DNA from: Polyangiaceae bacterium
GTDB lineage: Bacteria; Myxococcota_A; Polyangia; Polyangiales; Polyangiaceae
DNA: 64,000 nucleotides
Direction: 5' to 3'
NCBI GenBank assembly: GCA_965222375.1
Contig: CBDCTZ010000014.1
Span: 576,001-640,000 of the forward strand
A program made the translations under genes and the position numbers. The notes under the pieces are model-generated. The model was given only the letters and a program-made list of their open reading frames with translations, ran no database searches and was not told where the DNA came from. Shown piece after piece: positions 28,459 through 37,824 of this stretch; the first letter of the stretch is position 1; every line of letters starts with the position of its first letter.

Positions 28459-30228
28459 ATGGCTTCCTGCTCTCTCAGGCGCGTTTCGGCACTCATCGGC
28501 CTGGGTGTTTGCCTCCAGGCCAGTCCAGCCGATGCTCTGGGACGAGTGCTGTCGCCCAACACTGGGAAGGCAAATGCGGAGCACCTGGAAATCGCTCTGG
28601 CTCGGGCCCCCAGCCGGACCACGCTCTTCTTGCGGGCGACCGTTTCGGGGGCCGCGAGCCAGTTTGGCGTCGTGATGCCCGTCGCGCCGGGCTCTCGCAT
28701 GGATCCCGCGGCCGAGGGGTTCTTCGACGCTTTGGACGATTCAACGGCGCCCCGCATCGTACCACCCCCGGCCACCCTCGCGTGCGGAGCCACAAACGCA
28801 TCGTCGGTGGATGCGGCGCTTCTCTCGGACACTTCTCCGACCACGTTTCCCAAGGAAGTCGTGCATGCGGCTGATCTTGGTGAACTCGAGGGTGCAGCAC
28901 TGGCTCGCGGCCTCGCTCTCACGAGCGACGACCGGGACGCCCTGGCCGTCTCGAGCTCCGGCAAGCGCTTCATGCTGCTCACCTTCGACAAGGCTAAACC
29001 GAAAATGCGCACGGAGACCCTGCGAGTCGTCAGTTCCTCAACTTCCAGCATCCTTCCGCTTTCCGTCGCGTTTGCAGGACTCGCGACGGAGGTCCTCTTG
29101 TACGTGGTCGACGCGGAGCGTGGCCGCTTGAACGGTGACGAGATTGAGCCCGTGGATGTGATGCCCACCTGGACCGTTCTGACCGGAGCCAGTGACTACC
29201 GCAGCCGGCGCCAGCTCTTGCTCGACAGCGAGCTTCGTCACGTCGTGGAGGCGACGGGCACCAGCCCTTTGTTTCAGTGGGTTCTGTTGCCCGGTGGCTC
29301 TGGGACCATTGCGCCGGCGGTGCACACCTACTTCTCTCGTGCACACCTTGCGGGGCAGACCCCAAAGAAGGCGGATGAATGTCTGATTCCCGTCTGGGAC
29401 GCTAGGGATGCGGGCAAACAGGGTGCAACCCTGGCCCGCTACTGCGCCCCGGGCGCTCTTGCGGTGGTGCCGGGCACCGCGCCTGCCTGTGATGCGACTG
29501 CAGGCGCAGGCCAAATCGTGGCCGAGAACATCGCTTGCGGCGACGCCGACGATTTCGCGGCGGCGTTTTCGGAGCAGAACCTCTCGAGCGTACGGATCAC
29601 CCGCATGGCGACTCGGATAGATGCCAAATCTGGTACTCATACGCTGAGTCGAGCGGGGACTAAGACAGTTTCCCCGGTGACGGTTGCTGTCGCCGCGGAC
29701 ACCTCGGGCTGCTCCGTGGGCTCCGGTGGCAGCGGCGGAGGAGGCGGAGGCGGCTATCCAACGGGCACTGGAAACGCGTCCGGCGGAGGCTACGTCCCTC
29801 CGGCGCCGGAGCCCTATGAACCCGAGTACGTCGATGAGGGGAGTCATACTGACGTGGGCTTCTTCTGCGGCGGCTCCGCAGAAAGCGACAGCTCTTGCAG
29901 TGGTGATTCCTCTTCGTCTTCCAGTGACGATGGCTGTAGCGGAGACAGCTCGGACTCCGGCAGCGGCGATGGGGCTTGCAGCGGTGATACTTCTGATTCT
30001 GGCAGCGGAGACGCCTGCAGCGGCGACACTTCGAGCAGCTCGGACGGGGGAGGTTGCAGCGGTGACACGTCGGACGGTGGTGGCTGCTCCGGAGATTCCG
30101 GCGGGGGCGATTGTCGCATTAGCGGGCCGCGACGCAGACCCCGCGCCAGCATCCTGGGCATGGGGTTGTGCGCGATCGCCTTCGTTTTGCGCCGAGCCCA
30201 GCGGCGTCGCCGGCCGCGACGCCGATAG
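28459..30228 (+). CDS. Exported DUF2330-like protein with Ser/Gly/Asp/Cys repeat tail and C-terminal membrane anchor
   Basis: Signal peptide; FGVVMPV...FFDALDDSTAPRI; CSGD[ST] repeats; hydrophobic helix followed by an Arg cluster. Confidence 0.65.
   Translation: MASCSLRRVSALIGLGVCLQASPADALGRVLSPNTGKANAEHLEIALARAPSRTTLFLRATVSGAASQFGVVMPVAPGSRMDPAAEGFFDALDDSTAPRIVPPPATLACGATNASSVDAALLSDTSPTTFPKEVVHAADLGELEGAALARGLALTSDDRDALAVSSSGKRFMLLTFDKAKPKMRTETLRVVSSSTSSILPLSVAFAGLATEVLLYVVDAERGRLNGDEIEPVDVMPTWTVLTGASDYRSRRQLLLDSELRHVVEATGTSPLFQWVLLPGGSGTIAPAVHTYFSRAHLAGQTPKKADECLIPVWDARDAGKQGATLARYCAPGALAVVPGTAPACDATAGAGQIVAENIACGDADDFAAAFSEQNLSSVRITRMATRIDAKSGTHTLSRAGTKTVSPVTVAVAADTSGCSVGSGGSGGGGGGGYPTGTGNASGGGYVPPAPEPYEPEYVDEGSHTDVGFFCGGSAESDSSCSGDSSSSSSDDGCSGDSSDSGSGDGACSGDTSDSGSGDACSGDTSSSSDGGGCSGDTSDGGGCSGDSGGGDCRISGPRRRPRASILGMGLCAIAFVLRRAQRRRRPRRR
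29896..30099 (+). repeat. Six coding repeats of C-S-G-D-[S/T]
   Basis: TG(C/T)-AG(C/T)/TCC-GGN-GA(C/T) units at about 29896, 29935, 29977, 30016, 30055 and 30085. Confidence 0.85.
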
Positions 30229-30332
30229 GCGGACAAAAGCGCCCCTTTGTCCCGCGCCCTAGCGCCGCTCGCCGACCTGGAATGTCCCCTTGCGGTAGCA
30301 GCACAACCTTCTACGATAGCTGTCCTTCTAAG

Positions 30333-33065
30333 ATGGCAGAGGAGCCCGCGAGCCAGACGGGGGATGCGAAATCACGCATTGGGCAAGTGATTGCGGGCAA
30401 ATTCACGCTCGAGAGCTTGCTCGGTATCGGTGGCATGGCCGCCGTATACGCCAGCCAGAACCCGAGCGGAAAGCCGGTGGCAGTCAAGATCCTCCACTCC
30501 AAGCTTTCTTCCAACGACAGCATCAAGAACCGGTTCAGTCGTGAGGCGACGCTCACGGCTGCGGTGGACCACCCGGGGCGCGTCGACGTTTTCGAAGAAG
30601 GGCTCAGCGAGGATGGTGATCCCTTCTTCGTGATGGAACGGCTCGAGGGGATCACCCTCGAACGACTCTGGAAGAACCACGATAGGAAAGTCCCACTGGA
30701 ATACGCTCTAGAGGTTGCGGACCGAGTGTTGGACTTCCTTTCGGAATGCCACAACCAGAACATCGTTCATCGGGATCTGAAACCGTCGAACATTTTCATC
30801 ACTGAGTCGGGGTTCGTCAAAGTCATCGACTTCGGCGTGGCGAAGAAGCGAGAGGCGGGCGTCGACCCGACCATGGTCGGGACCGCGTTGGGGACGCCCG
30901 CCTACATGGCACCCGAGCAGGCATTGGGTTCAGCGGAGCGGATCGACGGGCGTTCCGACATCTTCAGCGTCGGTGCGATGTTGCACGCCATGCTTTCGGG
31001 TAAGCGGTTGCACGAGGGCCGATCCCACCAAGAAGCGTTCGTCCTGGCGGCGACGCGCCCTGCACCCAGCATTGCCCGCCGGGCGCGGGAGTTGCCCGCC
31101 GATGTCGTCGCGCTCGTGGATCGGGCGCTGCAGTGGGATCCACGCAACCGTTTTCAGACAGCGACAGAGATGCGCGAAGAAATCGCGCGAGTTCTCGCGA
31201 AGGCTTCCGGGGACGCTAAACCGGCCAAGGCCCCGGCCCCCCGCGCCAAGAGCGCCTTGCTCGCCGCCATCGCTGAAGCAGGAGCCGCCGCGACCGTCGC
31301 GGCATCCGAGGAGGATGAGCAGCACGGCGCTGCTGTTGCGGGTGTGTTCAGCCGGGTCGAAAAGGCGTTGGCCACGGTGCGGCAATACGGCTGGGAGCAT
31401 CGAGTGACCCAGGGCCACATGCAGGTCGTTCACGAGACGATGCAAAGCGTTCTCAGCGCTGACCCAGATTGTTTGACGTGGCAGGTACGGCCCCATTCCT
31501 TCGTGAGGCGCGGTGTCAGTGTGTGGGAACCCCTGCATCCCTTCGACGATATTCCCTACAATTTGTTTGCGAGTGGCTTCCGAGAGTTCACGTTGACCGA
31601 AGGCATCGGCGTCGACGAAATTCGCGCGCTGATCGATCTCATGCGACGAGACCCGTTGCGGGACTTCGCTCCTGAAGACGATTTGGCCACGGCGTTCTGG
31701 GAGCGGCAGCTCGAGCACGTCCAGTATCGAGTCGTCAGTAGCTTCTTGGCTGTGACCGCCATGGACGACTACGCCCGCGGTCAGTTCGACGAGATCTTGG
31801 ACGAAGCCGCAAAGGCCGTAGCCGGAGGCAAGAAGAATCGCGGCGCCGCGAACCTAAGTGTCGAGCTGATCGGTCTTGAAGAGAAAGCGGCCATGATTGC
31901 TGCGCGACAAATGGCGCTGCGCGCCGTGCGCTCTGACGCTGCATTGGCTTTGGACGCGGGCAAGAAGCAGGCTATCACCCGAGCCCTGGATCTGCCCGAG
32001 CAGGAGTGGAACTCGCGTTTCGTCGACGTCCTGGCTCACGCAATCGCGGACGCGCTGCAAAACGATCAGGACGAGCTTGCGGCTCTGCCATTGCGCGCGA
32101 CTCTGCACGAGCACGCCGCCACCGATACGCTGATGACGGCACTCAGTCTATTGGCGCATGTCTTCGTCTCGGTAGTCCGTCGCAGTGGTGCTGAACCCAA
32201 AGCGCGATTGGTTAGGGCTATGTTCGACCCCGAAACGTTGACCCTAGTGCTGAAAACCATGGCTCGCCCAGTGCCGGAGAGTGACCAAGAGCGGGTAGGG
32301 CGGGGCGGACCGTTTCTAACGGAATTGCTTGCGGATCTGGAGTCCGAGCATTTCGACGTGGTTCTCGAAGCGCTGGGTCGCGCAGAGGTGGCGCCCATCC
32401 GAGATGCCCTCGTTTACTACCTGCATCGCCACGCCACAGGCAATGAGGACACGTTGGCCGAGATATTGCGAGATGCCGATCCGGTACGCGGGCGGTCCGT
32501 GCTGGCGATTCTGGCGAAACTGAACAGTGATGAATCCCGGCAGGCACTGAAAGCGGTGGAGGACAACCCGTCGCCGGAGTTGCGGGTTGAAGCTATTGCT
32601 GTGCGTGCCGCTGGGAACGCGGAAGGCCTGCGCGATGAGCTGGCCAGACTCTGCCAGGACCAAGACCCGGCCGTGCGAGCTGCTGCCCTCCGGACCATGC
32701 AGCGCTTCAAGTTGAAGGAAGCTGGTCCTCCGCTGGTGCAGTACATCAATGCAAACGCGTTCCACAAAATCCCAGTGGATGAGCGCCGGCTTGCTTTCGA
32801 GACCCTCTGGGCGCTGTCGCCAGCGCGGGCGGAGGAGGTTGCCATGGACATTGCTGGCAAGGTGCCGCTCATCACTCGGGAGAGTGTGGACGACACCCGC
32901 GTGGTCGCCATCGACATGCTCGGGGCATTGGCGACGACTGCAGAAGCGGTGGCCGAGTTGGACAAGACCGCCACCAAGTGGTCGAACAGCCAGGCCGTCA
33001 AGACCGCAGCAAGCCGAGCTGCTGCGGCCCTGCGGCAACGACTGACGGGGGGCACTGTTGGCTGA
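30333..33065 (+). CDS. Ser/Thr protein kinase with C-terminal HEAT-like repeats
   Basis: LGIGGMAAVY, VAVK, HRDLKPSN, DFG, GTPAYMAPEQ; DPAVRAAAL-type HEAT repeats. Confidence 0.9.
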   Translation: MAEEPASQTGDAKSRIGQVIAGKFTLESLLGIGGMAAVYASQNPSGKPVAVKILHSKLSSNDSIKNRFSREATLTAAVDHPGRVDVFEEGLSEDGDPFFVMERLEGITLERLWKNHDRKVPLEYALEVADRVLDFLSECHNQNIVHRDLKPSNIFITESGFVKVIDFGVAKKREAGVDPTMVGTALGTPAYMAPEQALGSAERIDGRSDIFSVGAMLHAMLSGKRLHEGRSHQEAFVLAATRPAPSIARRARELPADVVALVDRALQWDPRNRFQTATEMREEIARVLAKASGDAKPAKAPAPRAKSALLAAIAEAGAAATVAASEEDEQHGAAVAGVFSRVEKALATVRQYGWEHRVTQGHMQVVHETMQSVLSADPDCLTWQVRPHSFVRRGVSVWEPLHPFDDIPYNLFASGFREFTLTEGIGVDEIRALIDLMRRDPLRDFAPEDDLATAFWERQLEHVQYRVVSSFLAVTAMDDYARGQFDEILDEAAKAVAGGKKNRGAANLSVELIGLEEKAAMIAARQMALRAVRSDAALALDAGKKQAITRALDLPEQEWNSRFVDVLAHAIADALQNDQDELAALPLRATLHEHAATDTLMTALSLLAHVFVSVVRRSGAEPKARLVRAMFDPETLTLVLKTMARPVPESDQERVGRGGPFLTELLADLESEHFDVVLEALGRAEVAPIRDALVYYLHRHATGNEDTLAEILRDADPVRGRSVLAILAKLNSDESRQALKAVEDNPSPELRVEAIAVRAAGNAEGLRDELARLCQDQDPAVRAAALRTMQRFKLKEAGPPLVQYINANAFHKIPVDERRLAFETLWALSPARAEEVAMDIAGKVPLITRESVDDTRVVAIDMLGALATTAEAVAELDKTATKWSNSQAVKTAASRAAAALRQRLTGGTVG

Positions 33066-35685
33066 GGTCGATAGCGTAGAGGGCGCTGAGACGGTCCTGG
33101 GCGAGGGTATCGTCCAGGACAACGTTCATCAGCTTGCGAAGCAGACCAAAGTTCGCGAGCTGGGGACCACCATGGCGCTACAGATTTTCCGTCTGATCCG
33201 CGTTGCCCAGTTCCACGCCTTGGACAACATGGCGTTCGTCCAACAGCTCGACCAAGCGACCGAAGCGATTCGCGGATTCTCTGCCCAAACGTCCCAACCC
33301 CTCTCCTTGCTGTTCTCCAGGGGGACGGTTTTCGTGGCTGGTCAGTTGTTGAAGGCCTCCCGTGCCGAGTACGAAGTGGCTCTGGAGCTTGGCTCCATGC
33401 TCGATGGGCTTGGGCTATCTGAGATTCTGATCTCGCCCGATGTAACCCAAGACGACTTGCGCGAACTTGCTCGCATTTTCCAGCCCGGCAATAGCCCAGA
33501 GGTGGAGGACGGCGTCTTCCGACCGACGCCGCTGATTCGTATGCGGCGAGTCGACAGCTCTCTACTTCAAGAAGAAGAAGAGCTGACGCCGGAAGAACAG
33601 ATCCTTCGTACCTATGCGTCCAGCATCGTGGTGATGCGCAAGGTGTTCGACAACTTGAGCGCCGGGAACTACCGCTTGCCCCATGAAGCGAAACGACTGG
33701 CTCAGAAGTTGGTCTCGCTCTCCGAGGGCGACACGCCGGCCTTTATCGGCGTGACGGCAGTTCGCAGCCTCAACCATGACGCCGCAGGTCGCGCCGTCAA
33801 CCGAGCCATCCTAGCCGTGTGCATGGGTCGTCAGGTTACTGAGGATCTGAGTGCGTTGTCTCGCATCGCCATGGCCGCCTTGTTCATGGACGTTGCTCAC
33901 GCACTGCTTACCGGCACTGTTGGGCTTTCGGATCAAGGTGGGGTAACTCCCCGCCTGACAGACGACGAAATGGCGCGTCTGCCACCAGCGACGGCGCTGG
34001 TGCTGACTGCTCTTGGGCACTTGCGCCCGGCGTCGATGGTGCGTAGCGTTGTCGCCTACGAAGCGCATTGGCTCCGGCTCCGCGACGAGTTGGGCCAGCC
34101 CTATGCGGGCGAGCGGCGCACGACCGCGGCCTCCCGTATCGTTGCCACTGCCCAGCGCTTCAATGAGTTGATGTCGCCGGATCTGGGGGCCAGTCGCCAG
34201 CCGACGCCCGACGAAGTGATTCTGTGGATGAAGGAGGAGGCGCGAGACCCGACGGATCTCGTGATGATCCAGGTTTTGGTAGGCGCGCTCGGGCTGTTCC
34301 CGAGTGGGACTCCGGTCGAGCTCAACACCGGCCAACGTGGCGTGGTGGTGCGGACCAGCGAGAACCCCGTGGACTTCGTACGCCCGACCGTCGAGTTGGT
34401 CGTGGACCGGGACGGCAACGACATTTCTCCTGTGGAGATCGTGGACTTGCGCCTGGAAACGGAACGGCAGGTGGTTGCGGTTGTGCGCGACCCGGATCCG
34501 CGGTTGGCGCGGGCCGTTGAACTCGCGGTGGAAGGCACGCCGACAGTTCCTCCACCTGCTCGCTCATCCCGCCGTCCGGACCCGAGATCGGGGTCCTCGG
34601 GCCGGCGCAGCGCGCCACCGGCGCCAAGCCGTTCCCCGGACAGCGGTCCGCGCTCCGGGCCTCCGGGGAGTGAACCGACGTCATCATCGCGGTCCTCTCG
34701 GCGCGCACCCCCGTCCGGGTCCCCGGAGTCGCGGCGGGTAGCGGCCGTGAGATTGAGCGAAATACCAAGCGAAGAGTCTCCAACGGTCGCGGCGTTCTCA
34801 CCTCTCGAGCTGATCCGTGCTGCACAGCACGAGGTGTCCCAGCCGCCCGCCCCGCCTCCCGAGCCAGTGGTCAGCGGTCGACCGGTAGAGCCAGCGCCGC
34901 CCCTCGAACCCGTGGTGTTCACACCCGACGATGAGGAGCCTAGCGCATCCGGGACGCTCGCCAGGACACCACTATCGCACCTGCTTCTCTTCATTGGAGG
35001 ACGAGGCCTGACCGGCAGCCTCGTACTGCGACAGCCAGGGGCGAGCCAAGGCGAGGGCGTCGAGCATGCGGTGGGATTCGAGGCCGGCTCTCCTACCAAG
35101 GCATGTTTGGCCGACGGCAGCTTTCCCCTCAGCGAGGCCCTGATCGAAGCTGGGATAGTCGACGCCGATCGCCTGCACGCTGATCCCATCTCGCAACCGC
35201 CCACCGACGAGGCCTTGCTGGAAGCCGAACTCCTGGAGTTTGCCATCGCAATCGAAATGGATCTGGTACCCATACGCACCCGGCAACTTCAGCAGCGACT
35301 GGCGAGGCTCTTCAGTCTCCCGCCGGAGACGGGGTATGCCTTCTATGCAGATGTGGACTTGGCCGAGGACACTTGGGGCAGAGTAGACGCCCAAACGGCG
35401 CTGGTTCCGCTGGTTGCGCACGCACTCAGGTTGCACCCGGAACGAGACGCCATGCAGCGCCTCCTCTCGACGTTGACGAAGGGCACGCTCGTCCTGGACG
35501 AGAATGCCGACGTGGACGAAATGGGCTTTTTGCCTCAGGAACTGGCGATCGTCGACAGCATCGAACTCGGCGACGCGACTCTAGCGGAATTGGCAGCCGG
35601 CTTTCCGGACAGGGAGATGGTCAAGCGGGTGCTGTACCTGCTATTGATTACGCGTTCGATTCGTACGGGCGAACCAGACGCGTAG
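33058..35685 (+). CDS. Degenerate HD-GYP-like domain, Pro/Ser linker and DUF4388-like domain
   Basis: AVNRAILA...AALFMDV (HD replaced by MD), SRIVATAQRFNELMS, GLFPSGTPVELNTG; C-terminal GTLARTPLSHLL...LTGSLVL; overlaps kinase stop. Confidence 0.7.
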   Translation: MAEVDSVEGAETVLGEGIVQDNVHQLAKQTKVRELGTTMALQIFRLIRVAQFHALDNMAFVQQLDQATEAIRGFSAQTSQPLSLLFSRGTVFVAGQLLKASRAEYEVALELGSMLDGLGLSEILISPDVTQDDLRELARIFQPGNSPEVEDGVFRPTPLIRMRRVDSSLLQEEEELTPEEQILRTYASSIVVMRKVFDNLSAGNYRLPHEAKRLAQKLVSLSEGDTPAFIGVTAVRSLNHDAAGRAVNRAILAVCMGRQVTEDLSALSRIAMAALFMDVAHALLTGTVGLSDQGGVTPRLTDDEMARLPPATALVLTALGHLRPASMVRSVVAYEAHWLRLRDELGQPYAGERRTTAASRIVATAQRFNELMSPDLGASRQPTPDEVILWMKEEARDPTDLVMIQVLVGALGLFPSGTPVELNTGQRGVVVRTSENPVDFVRPTVELVVDRDGNDISPVEIVDLRLETERQVVAVVRDPDPRLARAVELAVEGTPTVPPPARSSRRPDPRSGSSGRRSAPPAPSRSPDSGPRSGPPGSEPTSSSRSSRRAPPSGSPESRRVAAVRLSEIPSEESPTVAAFSPLELIRAAQHEVSQPPAPPPEPVVSGRPVEPAPPLEPVVFTPDDEEPSASGTLARTPLSHLLLFIGGRGLTGSLVLRQPGASQGEGVEHAVGFEAGSPTKACLADGSFPLSEALIEAGIVDADRLHADPISQPPTDEALLEAELLEFAIAIEMDLVPIRTRQLQQRLARLFSLPPETGYAFYADVDLAEDTWGRVDAQTALVPLVAHALRLHPERDAMQRLLSTLTKGTLVLDENADVDEMGFLPQELAIVDSIELGDATLAELAAGFPDREMVKRVLYLLLITRSIRTGEPDA

Positions 35686-35699
35686 AAGCGAGACGAAGA

Positions 35700-36224
35700 A
35701 TGAGCGATCAGTTCTGTGTTTGCAGCACGTGTCGAAAACCGATCGCGTTCGGACAAGACTACTTCCGGTGCAGTGTCTCGACCTGCAATCGCGCCAAGAC
35801 AGCGCTCTTCTTTTGCTCCGTGCCTTGCTGGGACGCTCATGTGCCGACCATGCGGCACCGAGACGCGTGGGCAGAAAGCGCCACCGCGCCCACTCGAGAA
35901 GCGTTGCTCCAACAGCAGGCGGAGCAAAAGCAAAAGGAAGAAGAGTCAGCAATGCGCAGGGAGCAAGCGACCGAGCGGCGACGCAAGGTCGTTACGGGTG
36001 TCAGTGACGACGTTCCCAGGGACGTCTTGGTCGTGGTCTCCAAGCTCAAGGCCTACGTGCGAGCTCGGTCCGGAATGAACACCTCGGACAGCGTGACTCG
36101 GCCTCTGTCGGACCACCTGCGCAAGCTGTGTGACGCAGCGTGTCAGCACGCTGCCGCCGACGGCCGCAAGACGGTACTCGATCGAGATTTCGATGCCATT
36201 GTCGGCGCCCTTCGCGGTGACTGA
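35700..36224 (+). CDS. Bacterial histone-fold protein with N-terminal zinc finger (ZZ-histone type)
   Basis: N-terminus CSTC..CSVSTC..CSVPCWDAH..H; C-terminus VLVVVSKLKAYVRARSGMNTS...AAADGRKTVLDRDF with the histone RKTVxxxD motif, resembling Bdellovibrio Bd0055-type histones. Confidence 0.85.
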   Translation: MSDQFCVCSTCRKPIAFGQDYFRCSVSTCNRAKTALFFCSVPCWDAHVPTMRHRDAWAESATAPTREALLQQQAEQKQKEEESAMRREQATERRRKVVTGVSDDVPRDVLVVVSKLKAYVRARSGMNTSDSVTRPLSDHLRKLCDAACQHAAADGRKTVLDRDFDAIVGALRGD

Positions 36225-36380
36225 GCGTTCGGGCAGCCCCTTGGCCTTGCCGGGTGCCGAAGGTCGGGATCACAAGCGACTGAAATAAAAAGGGAAATGT
36301 TCACGGCGCCAAAGGTCGCTTGAAGTCGCACCTACATTGTACCACATGCGCGCACCTCTCTCGACACGGTGGGCGTGACT

Positions 36381-37731
36381 ATGAAGACAATCGTTTCTGT
36401 TCTGGTGTCGGCTGGTGCGTTTGCTCGGCGTAGCTCGGGTGGGCCGGCGGCGGGCCCGGTGGGTCGACGGGTACAGGTGGCTCGGGCGGCAGCACGACGC
36501 CACCACCTGGCGCGATCGGCGCCACGTGCAACCAGAACACCGATTGCGGCACCAGCCCGGGCGCCGAGTGCCTACAGGACGCGAGCGGTTGGCCCAACGG
36601 CTATTGCACGATTCGCGGCTGCTCTGATGGAGCCTGCCCGACGGGTAGCGATTGCTTCGAAACCACGAGCAGCAGCACCCTGTGTCTCAAGACTTGCGCG
36701 CAAAAGAGCGATTGCCCCAGCGGTTATGCGTGCCACGCAGCGGGCGCCTGCGTACCCGCGTGTCAAGGGCCCGCGGACTGCGACCCGGGCGAAGTATGCA
36801 GCCCAACCACAGGCAAGTGCGAAGCGGCACCCTGCACCCCCGGTTCCTGCACCAACGGCTTGAAGTGCGACACGGTTAGCGGCAAGTGCATTCCGGACCT
36901 GCAGAAGGGTCCTCCACCCGGTCCCGGACCCACTTGCACTCTGCCCCAGCGGGACTGCAACGCCAGCGACTGCGGCGCCCTGTCGGCGTTCATGCCGAAG
37001 ATGGGCCGGGCTACACCGACTACCCCCTCAACGGCGAGACCGCAGCCAACCAGTACCGAAGCTATGCCCGCAAGGACATGCAGATGCTGGTCAAGTGGGC
37101 CACGGCCTACGTGGAGTGCAAGTCCAAGACCTGGGCCAATGGCAACGGCCAGCCCCTGGGTCTGGGTGACATGTCCGAGGCCAACGGCGCCATTCCTGGG
37201 ATGTTCAAGAACCCCCCGGATCCGGGGCACCCACCGGGTACGCACACCAACGGCTTCGATATGGACATCGCGTACTACCAAGTCGGCACGCCCAACAATT
37301 ACCGACGCTCTGTCTGTGAGCACACCAGCGGCCGAGCTGACCAGTACCACTGTACCAAGCCGCCCCACCTGCTCGACCTGTGGCGAACGACCCTTTTCCT
37401 CGGCGCCCTGCTGACCAGCAACACCATTCGAGTGATTGGCGTAGATGGCCAGATCGGTCCCCTGGTGGAAGCCGCGATGCCGTCGCTCTGCGCCACGGGG
37501 TGGCTCCCCCCAGCGTCTTGTAACAAGGTGGGTACCTGGCCTACGAAACCACGGACACGGGTGCGGGTTGGTATCGCCTCCACCACCACCACTTGCGTCG
37601 AGAGCCTGGGCCCTTTCCTGCAGTTCGTGGGAGTTCCACGGCATGCGCAGGTCGATGGCCACAACCATAGCCACGGCTGTTCCCACGGGACCCTTCGACG
37701 CATGCCGCAGCGCCTGCCAGCTGTGGACTGA
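36381..37731 (+). pseudogene. Frameshifted gene: Cys-rich region plus MepA-like murein endopeptidase domain
   Basis: Coherent protein only by switching frames near 36435-36450, 37005 and 37530; LGDMS...HPPGTHTNGFDMDIAY and off-frame WYRLHHHH motifs of LAS/MepA-type Zn peptidases. Confidence 0.7.
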
Positions 37732-37743
37732 GCAAAAAACGCC

Positions 37744-37783
37744 AAAAAAGGCCGCCCAGCGCTCCTTCCGAGCCTCGGCGGCC
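37744..37783. terminator. Hairpin with adjacent A/T tract, possible intrinsic terminator (U-tract on minus strand)
   Basis: AAAAAA-GGCCGCC...GCTC-CTTCC-GAGC...GGCGGCC. Confidence 0.4.
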
Positions 37784-37824
37784 GGCGTTTGTGGGGGCAC
37801 TTCCGTGATAAAAGTGCCACTCCG

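Noticed and set aside
30231..30252. Hairpin GGACAAA...TTTGTCC after the DUF2330-like gene
   Set aside because: Short AT-rich stem with no U-tract; too weak to call a terminator
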